Virus record (IMG/VR): IMGVR_UViG_2913820460_000006
Location: 18,803 to 82,802 of that record
Length of the DNA stretch: 64,000 nucleotides
Source of the DNA: a virus
Lineage: Duplodnaviria > Caudoviricetes
Strand: one strand, 5' to 3'
Positions 26,778-35,486 of this stretch are shown in pieces. The first letter of the stretch is position 1; each line of letters opens with the position of its first letter. Made by a program: the position numbers and the translations under genes. The notes beneath the pieces were generated by a model. That model made no database searches and had not been told where the DNA came from. It was given only the letters and a program-made list of their open reading frames with translations.

Positions 26778-29474
26778 TTATCGTAGTCTGTTGAGCATAC
26801 GGGGATTGAACTGGACACTAAATCCTAACAGGCTTTCGGATTTGTCAAGTGTACAAATGAGTGCAATTCTAAATGCTTTGTACGGTGTTCCTCTGAAACC
26901 ACGCATATATTTGTCTGTACTGCTCCATACAGTATGCCAATTAAACAAATCATTCGAACCGTACAGTACTTGTACTACATGTCCCGACTTAAAATATCCA
27001 CGTTGAATGATGGTATCTATCGTCTTGAACACATCTGGCTCATCCATTTTGAAAGGGCGGGTAACCACTAATGCCGTTATGTTTTCAGCAGATGATGTAG
27101 AAAAATCCACAAGTCTGTTTCCGTCAGCCATTGCTAATGCTTCCGGATACGAATTGACATTGTTCACTATGTCTGACAGCATCATTCCCCAAAGCTTTGA
27201 CTTCAACGAAAACACATAAGCATAGCGTACAGCCGGGTTATACACAATGATATGCTGATTGGTATAATCATATATCATCCGGCAAGCGGCAAGAAAATCA
27301 AAAAACGGAATCATAGCAATATCGTCAAGAGCCGTTCGTTCATTTTCGCTTGCTTTTCCATTATAAACTGATAGAAGTTTATCCGATCTTGGCAAATCAG
27401 AAATAGAAAACAAATCTTCCGCATTTAAACTTTCTGATATGCACTGCACAGTAGAACCACTTATCAGCATAATACCTCTATTGGTGGCAAACAGCACTGC
27501 ATTATCAATTTGTGTGATACTGTTCGTATTTATACAAACCTCCCGTGTTACAGGTTGCCGTGCTGAGTATGATCCCGTATTTGATACTTCTAAGGCCCAT
27601 ACACCTTCTGATGTAAAAGCATAAAGTGGAAACTGACCGAACTGTCCCTCTGATAAAGCTTTTACAGCTGAAGATATACCAAGAATAGTGCCAGTACCTA
27701 TTGTATTGATACCGAGAACCGGAAAGTGAAATGGATTATTGATTTCCGATGTGTATATTTTGTTCGGTAAATCAATTATTCGCTGTTCACGGGGACTTGC
27801 TGTAGGATAATCACTAAGTCCTGTCGGAGGATTTTCCCAACCGGCAAAATAAAAAGCTCCGTTAAGGAATTTGTGCTGTTCAAGTGGCACTTCATAATAT
27901 TGTGGTAATCCATAATGCGTCACAATAACTGCTTTGTATGCGTTTATATTAGGGTAGAACAAAAACAGCAATGGCGGATCCAATATTGACGCTTGATAAG
28001 ATTCTCCATTGACCACTATGTCCCGACCATCCTGCTTGATATAGAAGTATACAGAAACAGGCATTGTTCCATCAAAATAAGTAGGGGACATTCCATCAAA
28101 ATTAGCAACATATCCGTTGGTATATGTAATCATCGCTCCTGTGTTATACAAGTTATATAATTCTTTTTGAATGTTTGCGATGTTAAGTCTTGAATTATAA
28201 ACAAACGAATAATGTGGAAGCAATTTATCATGACTGTCATAATCATCTGTCATAACTTCTCGTGTTACCAATGACTGTAGATAATCTTCTTCGATTACCA
28301 GTTTTGTACGTGTAGTGGAAAGTTGTTCAATACGGAGACTTTCAAGCAGGTAGAATTGCGATGTTGAACGAATATCCTCTTTTACATCATCAATACTTCT
28401 ACGAGGAATCATCAAACGTCCACTTGGATAAGTCAGTCCGTTGGGGTCAAATGTAAAGGCATATAGTTTATTGAATGTATGATGTTGATAACGAATTGGA
28501 AATTTGGAGGTAGAAGCTGCTTGATTTATATGTTTGCATACACAATAAGAATTATAGTTTTCCGATTGTGCAAATCTTGTACATTTTCCGTTTTGGTCAT
28601 AAGTATAAATAGGTTTTGAAACAAACACATCAACAGATCGAACTATATCTTTCCAATTTTTAAGCATATCAAGGCGAGACTGAAGAACAACGGCACAATC
28701 AAGGTCGTGTATCATTCCACATATTCGAAGTTGCGCATCTGTATACTTTCCCTTTCCCGTCAGGTGTGTCCAAAAAACTTGCGGTGCAAGGTCTGATGAA
28801 GCAATCATCAGAATCGGAGCCGAGTGCATTGTCAATGTTCCATCGTATAGCCGATAGGCGTATCTTACAAAGAAAGGAAAAATGAATTTGCCCTTATTTG
28901 TAGACCTTTCAGCAATAAATTTATTGATATGGGCAAGTACTTGGTCTGTAATTCGCGTTTTATTGTTATCAGAGAATTCATTCCAAATGCTGCCTTCACT
29001 AATAGCATCAAATGATATTGAAAATTCATCTGTCCGAACCATTTCACCCTGCAACCCAAATGAAAGTGGGCATTCAGGTATTTTTGTACCAAGATATAAA
29101 TATCCGTCATTATTTCCTTTCCATAGAAAATAATGCATACCGTCAGTTGACAAGATGAGAAGCGTATTGCCAATAGCTGTTACCTGATATACCTCGTTAA
29201 ATGAACGAAGAAAAACAGGCTGATGTGCGTCAGAACCATTCCACCAACTGATAGAATTGTTGTTAAAGATGATATAGTGCTTGAAGTTAGCCGATTTATG
29301 AATATACATAACCGAATCACCACCTTTGAATTGTAATACTTCGGATGGCGGCAATATGGGTTTAAGTGCACCGTTTTCGGGAATAACACCTATCGATGTT
29401 GCCAAGTCCCCATCGGCGCACTCATAGTCCGATGGGTTGGCAGAATACCCGTTGTATTTTATTTCTTTAATCAT
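26778..29474 (-). CDS. Tail tubular/DNA-stabilisation (P22 gp10-like, beta-propeller) protein
   Basis: ~898 aa from MIKEIKYNG (start moved from 29549, 7 nt after the upstream stop); beta-rich; GQFGQFPLYAFTSEGVWAL segment; size and position fit a podophage nozzle. Confidence 0.55.
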   Translation of the reverse strand: MIKEIKYNGYSANPSDYECADGDLATSIGVIPENGALKPILPPSEVLQFKGGDSVMYIHKSANFKHYIIFNNNSISWWNGSDAHQPVFLRSFNEVYQVTAIGNTLLILSTDGMHYFLWKGNNDGYLYLGTKIPECPLSFGLQGEMVRTDEFSISFDAISEGSIWNEFSDNNKTRITDQVLAHINKFIAERSTNKGKFIFPFFVRYAYRLYDGTLTMHSAPILMIASSDLAPQVFWTHLTGKGKYTDAQLRICGMIHDLDCAVVLQSRLDMLKNWKDIVRSVDVFVSKPIYTYDQNGKCTRFAQSENYNSYCVCKHINQAASTSKFPIRYQHHTFNKLYAFTFDPNGLTYPSGRLMIPRRSIDDVKEDIRSTSQFYLLESLRIEQLSTTRTKLVIEEDYLQSLVTREVMTDDYDSHDKLLPHYSFVYNSRLNIANIQKELYNLYNTGAMITYTNGYVANFDGMSPTYFDGTMPVSVYFYIKQDGRDIVVNGESYQASILDPPLLFLFYPNINAYKAVIVTHYGLPQYYEVPLEQHKFLNGAFYFAGWENPPTGLSDYPTASPREQRIIDLPNKIYTSEINNPFHFPVLGINTIGTGTILGISSAVKALSEGQFGQFPLYAFTSEGVWALEVSNTGSYSARQPVTREVCINTNSITQIDNAVLFATNRGIMLISGSTVQCISESLNAEDLFSISDLPRSDKLLSVYNGKASENERTALDDIAMIPFFDFLAACRMIYDYTNQHIIVYNPAVRYAYVFSLKSKLWGMMLSDIVNNVNSYPEALAMADGNRLVDFSTSSAENITALVVTRPFKMDEPDVFKTIDTIIQRGYFKSGHVVQVLYGSNDLFNWHTVWSSTDKYMRGFRGTPYKAFRIALICTLDKSESLLGFSVQFNPRMLNRLR

Positions 29475-29481
29475 ATCTTTC

Positions 29482-29862
29482 TTACAAAAGGAGTTTGGTA
29501 ATGATTGGTAGCAATGTGCCATGATATTGGCTTTCCTTAGGCTCTCCAACGCATAATCTCGCCTTGTCTGTTACACCCGACACATCAAGTATGGCGGAGC
29601 ACAGCCTTTTAGATGAGGCTCTGAAATGTTTCCCTTGCCTATTGGATGGAAACACACATGCTTCATGCCGACCGCCGGTTGGTGAGCGGTATCTGACATA
29701 AAGATATAATTCTCCGTTCTCACTCATAATATCCAGGACATCACCTCGCGAGAGATGAAGTTGCTTGGCTATATGAGATGTAATGTCTATTCTTCCCGAA
29801 GAATAGAATACTATATCAGCCTTTCTTGTATTTCCTAATATACTTTCCATTGGGCTTTTCAA
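29482..29862 (-). CDS. Hypothetical protein (AbrB-like beta pattern)
   Basis: GRIDITSHIAKQLHLSRGDVLDI resembles a swapped-hairpin motif. Confidence 0.5.
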   Translation of the reverse strand: MKSPMESILGNTRKADIVFYSSGRIDITSHIAKQLHLSRGDVLDIMSENGELYLYVRYRSPTGGRHEACVFPSNRQGKHFRASSKRLCSAILDVSGVTDKARLCVGEPKESQYHGTLLPIITKLLL

Positions 29863-30241
29863 TTTGATAATAGATGAGACCTTTGCTTGTATGATGTATA
29901 GACACAGACAGTTTGACTATACTATCACCGGGTAACCCATGCTCATAAAGCATAAGACCGACCGACGGGCACAGACTTTCAAAGCCTATGCACTTATACT
30001 TGTCATTATATTGAATATCGCATAGTTGAGTCGGTTGTCCGATATTTGGATTGACGGTGAAGCCGAAAGAATCTTGTCCGGCAATTCTGAAAACAAACAC
30101 TTGGGCTGCATCGCCCTTTTTCGCCTTACCTTTGATATGGAGAAACAAGCGTTTGGATAGCGTGATTGAATTGTCGTTACCATCGGCAATCACATAGTAG
30201 TTACGTGACTGCCACCATGTTTTTAGTTTTTTGATAATCAT
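29816..30241 (-). CDS. Hypothetical phage protein
   Basis: 141-aa ORF overlapping the next gene; promoter-like motif upstream. Confidence 0.6.
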   Translation of the reverse strand: MIIKKLKTWWQSRNYYVIADGNDNSITLSKRLFLHIKGKAKKGDAAQVFVFRIAGQDSFGFTVNPNIGQPTQLCDIQYNDKYKCIGFESLCPSVGLMLYEHGLPGDSIVKLSVSIHHTSKGLIYYQIEKPNGKYIRKYKKG

Positions 30242-30277
30242 AATACGAAAATAGAATGATTCACAGATTATTATGGT

Positions 30278-30514
30278 TTAACTTTTTACAGACGAATCGA
30301 AATATATCCGGCGTGAACGGAAAGAAACTGTTTCGACAAACCGGAATGACAGAGTTGTTTCGATTTCCAGTCGATGCCGGTTGGCGGCTTCTTTTGTTGC
30401 AAAAATGTAAGAACAGATTTCTTGCTTTGTTGTTCCTTTTGTTGCTACAATGTTGGCATAATATTTGCGCCCGAAAAGGAATGCCATGATTTCTTTTAAT
30501 ACAGTTGAGTTCAT
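30278..30514 (-). CDS. Hypothetical phage protein
   Basis: 78-aa ORF in a tightly packed minus-strand array. Confidence 0.55.
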   Translation of the reverse strand: MNSTVLKEIMAFLFGRKYYANIVATKGTTKQEICSYIFATKEAANRHRLEIETTLSFRFVETVSFRSRRIYFDSSVKS

Positions 30515-30524
30515 ATTGTATGAT

Positions 30525-30728
30525 TTAATCAGTGAATAAATTTGTCTGTCGGGGTTCTTTGGAAACGGAAGAAACTCCGGTAATACTATTTACACGTTCA
30601 ATTTCTCCGTCAATTTCCGTTTCAAGTGCCTTGCATTTCCGCAAGTTTTGTTGGGTGCGACACTTGAAATAGTCTTTCTGTGCTTTGCGCATCAGAACTA
30701 CCTTGGTAAAGAATGTTTTTGCATCCAT
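30525..30728 (-). CDS. Hypothetical phage protein
   Basis: 67-aa ORF in the array. Confidence 0.55.
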   Translation of the reverse strand: MDAKTFFTKVVLMRKAQKDYFKCRTQQNLRKCKALETEIDGEIERVNSITGVSSVSKEPRQTNLFTD

Positions 30729-30740
30729 ATGATAAATACA

Positions 30741-30902
30741 TTAAAATTCTTTATGGGTTGCTAATTGATAATCTTTCTTTTCTTCTTCTGATAGTTCGTT
30801 GTAGCAGCTTTCGCAAACAACAGGGTAACCGTGTTCTTCTTCAAAGTACACACCACAAAGTTGGCAACACCAACCGTCTATAATATCTTCTGCAATGCTC
30901 AT
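30741..30902 (-). CDS. Small zinc-finger-like protein (absent from the ORF track)
   Basis: MSIAEDIIDGWCCQLCGVYFEEEHGYPVVCESCYNELSEEEKKDYQLATHKEF, two CxxC; fills the gap between neighbours. Confidence 0.65.
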   Translation of the reverse strand: MSIAEDIIDGWCCQLCGVYFEEEHGYPVVCESCYNELSEEEKKDYQLATHKEF

Positions 30903-30904
30903 GA

Positions 30905-31561
30905 TTATTTCATTAATTCAAATTCATACGCCCAAACATAGGGATTGCTTTCCCAAGTGCCTTTACCGGAGACTTTATCTATGAGGGCGGCAAAGGCTTC
31001 ACGTGGAGTATCAAATCCATTGTCTTTGTTTCCCTCAAATTCATAAAATATAGATGGCGGAAACTCATCATCACCCGAATCTTCATATATCCCTTCTTTC
31101 AAGCAATCTTCATCGCTAATGTCCTGTAAGCGTTCAACCTTACGATCTGTAAATTCAATATGGCGGGGCATTAGGTCGGCTTTCACAAACATTTTATTAG
31201 TCCAACCGGGATGTAATTTCAGTTCAGGCAATATAGAATCCAAGTATTCTAAGTAAGCTGCATTTTTCCCTTTTCTATGAAATCGGTCAACATCCATATA
31301 ACTTTGCGCAATGGCAACAACTTCTCCAAGTTCATATTTCGGCAATATCTCGCCCATATCAAACTCTCTTTCATCAGCATCGTACATACAAGGCCAATCA
31401 ACAATCTTTTTGTCAGAATGGCGTCTGTGTATATTGAATCCTGCGACCCATTCTCCCCTAAAAGTTCTTGGACATTTGATTATTCTTCTCGTCATAGTCT
31501 TCCGCCCTTCCAATACAGCTTGAGTTAAGCCAAATTTATCATTGAACATTATTTTCTTCAT
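30905..31561 (-). CDS. ASCH/PUA-like phage protein
   Basis: MKKIMFN...AVLEGRKTMTRR N-terminus and WESNPYVWAYEF C-terminus. Confidence 0.55.
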   Translation of the reverse strand: MKKIMFNDKFGLTQAVLEGRKTMTRRIIKCPRTFRGEWVAGFNIHRRHSDKKIVDWPCMYDADEREFDMGEILPKYELGEVVAIAQSYMDVDRFHRKGKNAAYLEYLDSILPELKLHPGWTNKMFVKADLMPRHIEFTDRKVERLQDISDEDCLKEGIYEDSGDDEFPPSIFYEFEGNKDNGFDTPREAFAALIDKVSGKGTWESNPYVWAYEFELMK

Positions 31562-32054
31562 TGTAGTATTCTTTATTAAAGTGTCCGTTGGCAATCAGCC
31601 AATCAATAGCCAATACACAAGATTCGACAGGTGATGCGGTTTCAAAGGATTTCACATAGGGATAAGAGAGTAACCAAGCATCGCTTGTTTCGTGATGCAA
31701 GCCAAAAACATTCTCACTGGTTCCTATTCTGATTTCGGTCGGAAGTAACTCCAACAGCCTACACAAACTCCATGCAGGGACATCCTCACCCCACAATCTA
31801 TCAAATACTTCTTCTCCGGCCATTGGCGATCCGTCAGGATGCTTGTGAAAAGGAAATGCAAGTTTGGCTATTCTTTGAGGAGTCCAAAACTTACCTCTCA
31901 ATGTAGGCGGCTTGGTTTGTAACTCCCACTCTAAAGCTGGTACCTTACTCTTTGTATGATGATATACCATATCAGCCGTTTCCGGCTTTAGTCCCAAAGC
32001 GAGCAATCTTTTTGACTGCTCATGGGTAGTACATATTTGCGATTTAAATTCCAT
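31539..32054 (-). CDS. Hypothetical phage protein
   Basis: 171 aa; ICTTHEQSKRLLALGLKPETADM and PAWSLCRLLELLP motifs. Confidence 0.65.
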   Translation of the reverse strand: MEFKSQICTTHEQSKRLLALGLKPETADMVYHHTKSKVPALEWELQTKPPTLRGKFWTPQRIAKLAFPFHKHPDGSPMAGEEVFDRLWGEDVPAWSLCRLLELLPTEIRIGTSENVFGLHHETSDAWLLSYPYVKSFETASPVESCVLAIDWLIANGHFNKEYYNEENNVQ

Positions 32055-32071
32055 TGCTCTTATTTTTGTTA

Positions 32072-32326
32072 TTAGTTAAAACTGATTGCCACATACCTAT
32101 AGAACCGTATGTATCCGAAACAATAAGAGGGATTCTCTGTATTATCACCTATCTCAATTCGCACGTTATAGCCTTTCATCCGTAAAAAGCGTGCAGCTAT
32201 TTCATAGGCGGTGTATCTTTTTCCATGAATATCCCAATAGCTGGATTTCCATACTGTTTGAGGAATACCTTTTTTCAGAATCTTCTTAAAGGCTTTGGCG
32301 GTTCGTATAACTTCTTTTTTATTCAT
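32072..32326 (-). CDS. Hypothetical phage protein
   Basis: 84 aa, overlapping start/stop with its neighbour. Confidence 0.55.
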   Translation of the reverse strand: MNKKEVIRTAKAFKKILKKGIPQTVWKSSYWDIHGKRYTAYEIAARFLRMKGYNVRIEIGDNTENPSYCFGYIRFYRYVAISFN

Positions 32327-32514
32327 ATTTGTTCCGATTTTAATTTCTTGTTTATTTCTTTTTCAGCAGCTCTGGTCCCTTTCTTGAAACCCTCTACAAA
32401 GCTGTCAAAACAAGCTCTATGGATTTCTAAAGTGCATCTTTGCATAAGTGGACAAATCGAACATTTTTGGCTAAGCCCTGCGGACTTTTTAGCGAGTTTC
32501 GTTACATTTTTCAT
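32323..32514 (-). CDS. Hypothetical phage protein
   Basis: 63 aa with CxxCxxxxxC. Confidence 0.55.
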   Translation of the reverse strand: MKNVTKLAKKSAGLSQKCSICPLMQRCTLEIHRACFDSFVEGFKKGTRAAEKEINKKLKSEQI

Positions 32515-32518
32515 TGGT

Positions 32519-32809
32519 TTATCCTTTCATTCTGCCTAAAAAGGCAAGTTTAATCACATCATATTGAGTTCCTATCCATGCAAATTCCAACATGGCATTA
32601 TCGTCTGCAATGTCATTAATTTGCATGATTGGGTAGTTACCTTGATTTGTGCTATAACAAACACACGAACTGTAAATAAAATCCTCAACCTCTTCTTGAC
32701 TTCTTGGAACATTGAAATAACTGTCAAGGCTTCCGATTATATGCTCTTTCAAGTATTCGGAACTATATGCAGCAGCAATCTTATCTTGATTTCTAAGTGC
32801 ATATCTCAT
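32519..32809 (-). CDS. Hypothetical phage protein
   Basis: 96 aa, ATGA overlap with its neighbour. Confidence 0.55.
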   Translation of the reverse strand: MRYALRNQDKIAAAYSSEYLKEHIIGSLDSYFNVPRSQEEVEDFIYSSCVCYSTNQGNYPIMQINDIADDNAMLEFAWIGTQYDVIKLAFLGRMKG

Positions 32810-33111
32810 AACTCATCTTTATCTCCTAATTCAGACAACGCTTGTTCAAACTCTTTGAGTTTCTTAATGGCGTAATCTCTACGATAAGTGATTATATCAC
32901 GACTTGTATAATTTGTATAGAACCGGTCTATAAGGTTTTGAATAAAAAACCTTTCAGGCTCTTCGCAATGATTCAATAGAATTACATAATTCGTGTTTCG
33001 TGGGTGGAAACATAGGAATCTATAATAATTCACTTTGCCGCAAGAACATTCAATTAAGCGTTCATCAGTCTTTAATTTCCTAATGTCTTCAGTGTTCAAT
33101 ATAGGTTTCAT
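32806..33111 (-). CDS. Hypothetical phage protein
   Basis: 101 aa in the array. Confidence 0.55.
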   Translation of the reverse strand: MKPILNTEDIRKLKTDERLIECSCGKVNYYRFLCFHPRNTNYVILLNHCEEPERFFIQNLIDRFYTNYTSRDIITYRRDYAIKKLKEFEQALSELGDKDEL

Positions 33112-33114
33112 GAT

Positions 33115-33432
33115 TTAATCCTCCATATTAGGTAGTAAATCTTCGATGTATGCCCAACGGATAATTTCTGCTTTTTTGTAAAAGTTATCCCAATTCATCG
33201 AATCAGGGATTACGTTAAATCTACCATTTTTGCATTGAGCAAGATAATTTCTTTTCCTTTCCGGACATTCTTTTGCATCATGCCACACGCTATTGATGCG
33301 CCAGTTTGCACCCCATTCCGCAGCTTTAGTGTGTTCAATAAATCTATCCACAAACCCCGGATTGTTCGGGTCTGCTGCAAACTCATTTGCATAAAGATGT
33401 TCCTTTATTGCCTCCTTGATGTTTTTTTTCAT
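33115..33432 (-). CDS. DUF551-like phage protein
   Basis: WHDAKECPE...WAYIEDLLP motif. Confidence 0.55.
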   Translation of the reverse strand: MKKNIKEAIKEHLYANEFAADPNNPGFVDRFIEHTKAAEWGANWRINSVWHDAKECPERKRNYLAQCKNGRFNVIPDSMNWDNFYKKAEIIRWAYIEDLLPNMED

Positions 33433-33896
33433 TCTTCAACTCCTTTCGGTTTGTTTATCGGTTTCCAATGGGTTATCTTGTAGTCCTTGTAGTTGCAGGT
33501 TATTTGGTCTAAATAATCTTCCGTCCACCCGTATTTATTGTAATAAGCTGTCAAGTAATCTACTTTCCATTTGTTACTACAGCATAGATATTCTACCCTT
33601 AAAATGCAATATGTTCCAATTGGTGGCACGTCTTCCGTGTCCTCTTTGCATTCGTGCCATTCTTCATGCTCATTCCAACGCCTTGCGATCTCTTCACAAA
33701 GAATATTTGAGCTTTCCACATCACCCAAGTGGATTTCTGCTATTTGGTAATTCATACCGTCCTTTATACAAAGTTCCGCATCCAATTCATCCGCACCAAA
33801 TAAGCGTTTGCCTCGTGCTGGTAGGCAAATAAGTTTCAATGTATCAGTATCTAATTCGCCTTTGGCGTATGCCCAATTCAGTTTTATTTTTGTCAT
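33429..33896 (-). CDS. Hypothetical protein with a DUF551-like C-terminus
   Basis: WHECKEDTEDVPP...ITHWKPI motif. Confidence 0.55.
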   Translation of the reverse strand: MTKIKLNWAYAKGELDTDTLKLICLPARGKRLFGADELDAELCIKDGMNYQIAEIHLGDVESSNILCEEIARRWNEHEEWHECKEDTEDVPPIGTYCILRVEYLCCSNKWKVDYLTAYYNKYGWTEDYLDQITCNYKDYKITHWKPINKPKGVEE

Positions 33897-34162
33897 AATC
33901 CAAAAATATTTTTGTAAAATTCAAAATTTCTGTTTTCTACCTTTGCATCTTCCGGATAATAAGTAGCGCGATGATACCATGCTTGATAGCATTTCGGGCA
34001 AAACCATTGATTTAGCACAGCTATGTAATAGCCTGTAGATGCAGTTTCGTTGCAGTAGTCACAAATTCCTATTGCACCATATTGTCCTAATTCCTCTACA
34101 AGTTCTTTCCTACTTATTTGGATTACCTTGAATCCTTTTTTATTGTCTTTTATATTTGCCAT
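33893..34162 (-). CDS. Zinc-finger-like phage protein
   Basis: ICDYCN...WFCPKCY. Confidence 0.6.
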   Translation of the reverse strand: MANIKDNKKGFKVIQISRKELVEELGQYGAIGICDYCNETASTGYYIAVLNQWFCPKCYQAWYHRATYYPEDAKVENRNFEFYKNIFGL

Positions 34163-34174
34163 ACCATTCCTTTT

Positions 34175-35047
34175 TTATTCACAAAGCCCATAGTAGCTCA
34201 TACAACTTGTTGCCACATCATCGTCGAACAGAGAACCACCTGCACGTTTACTTTGTACATAACGAACAACATCGCTGATTAGAGGATATTCACCCTTATA
34301 ATACTTAGATGAAATTTTATCAGGACCGAAAAAACTGCTGTTGAACTGTTGTTCGAGACCTGCAATGTAGCTTATCCTTTCTGGCTCTTGTACGCTGATA
34401 TTGTAAATGTCTTGTTGTGAAGCCATCACGCAAGGAAAGCAACCAACACGTTTGTAGCCCATTCGGTAGAGAGGATTAGGCTGTATTCCATTTTCAAGTA
34501 TATAGTCAATCACTTGTTGTGCCGACCAATCGAATACCGGACGCAATAGGTCATCAGCATATTTCTTTCGAAATGCCAATACATCTTTGCGACGATAGGT
34601 GTGGTACTTGTCCTTACCATTCTTATCCTTACCGTATGGCTGCACATAATACTTGAAGTACGTACATTGCTTGGACATTTCGGCACGCTTGGCACTCTCG
34701 GCAGCACGTATTCCTTGTATAATCAGAACATCATCGTTTACTTCATCGAGTATGTAGTCAATCATCGGAATGGTTTTCAATTCAGATGTGCAGAATCTCC
34801 GTTGCGAGGATGGCCAGCGTGATTTCTTTTTTGTCAAATCTACCATACCGTTAAACTTCTTTGACTTGACGGTAATGAGATTTAAGCCAAGTTGTTCCTG
34901 TACTTCTTCGATATATTTATAGGTCAATGGGTGTTCCCAACCTGTATCACAAAATACTGTAATAAAATCTTTTGTTAGGTTATTACGCACCCAAAGAAGT
35001 GATGCAAGACTATCTTTGCCACCACTGAATGAAACTATTACTTTCAT
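34175..35047 (-). CDS. Phosphoadenosine phosphosulfate (PAPS) reductase-family protein
   Basis: SFSGGKDS PP-loop, CDTGWEH, RRFCTSELK, GIRAAES and RVGCFPC. Confidence 0.9.
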   Translation of the reverse strand: MKVIVSFSGGKDSLASLLWVRNNLTKDFITVFCDTGWEHPLTYKYIEEVQEQLGLNLITVKSKKFNGMVDLTKKKSRWPSSQRRFCTSELKTIPMIDYILDEVNDDVLIIQGIRAAESAKRAEMSKQCTYFKYYVQPYGKDKNGKDKYHTYRRKDVLAFRKKYADDLLRPVFDWSAQQVIDYILENGIQPNPLYRMGYKRVGCFPCVMASQQDIYNISVQEPERISYIAGLEQQFNSSFFGPDKISSKYYKGEYPLISDVVRYVQSKRAGGSLFDDDVATSCMSYYGLCE

Positions 35048-35481
35048 CCTTTACCTCCTTTCTTCAATTCTGCAATAAGAGCATCAGCACCGCTAATGCT
35101 CCACTGGGCTAACGTTTCGCTACTTGCATCCACACACTGATTATGTGAATTGGCTGAAAATCCTTTCATTATCTCTTTCGCAATCTCGTATCTGCGTTGT
35201 TCCCAGTCTATGGCTTTTTCAAATTCAAGTGCTGTTCCGGGCATTCTTCGACCGTCTTTCGTTATGAATGAACCGCATAAAACCTGCATAGTACCTGACG
35301 GTTCAACATCTATGACCTCGCCGGTAGCCTTTACTTTAGCTTTAAGTTTTTCAGCAGCTCTCATTTGTCTCGTGTGTTCTGCTACACAAGTTTTACACCT
35401 GTTAGGATATGATTTGCTGAACTCTGAAATATGCTTTGTTTGCCCGCACTCTGTGCATTTTTTATAAATTGAATTGTCCAT
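35044..35481 (-). CDS. Hypothetical protein with an N-terminal zinc ribbon
   Basis: KKCTECGQTK...RCKTC; C-terminal IDWEQRRYEIAKE motif. Confidence 0.65.
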   Translation of the reverse strand: MDNSIYKKCTECGQTKHISEFSKSYPNRCKTCVAEHTRQMRAAEKLKAKVKATGEVIDVEPSGTMQVLCGSFITKDGRRMPGTALEFEKAIDWEQRRYEIAKEIMKGFSANSHNQCVDASSETLAQWSISGADALIAELKKGGKG

Positions 35482-35486
35482 GGTTA

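Noticed and set aside
29475-29549. Longest-ORF starts (e.g. 29549, 8774, 11155, 44500, 49483, 53144)
   Set aside because: They overlap neighbouring genes, promoters or terminators; downstream Mets in AT-rich context fit better.
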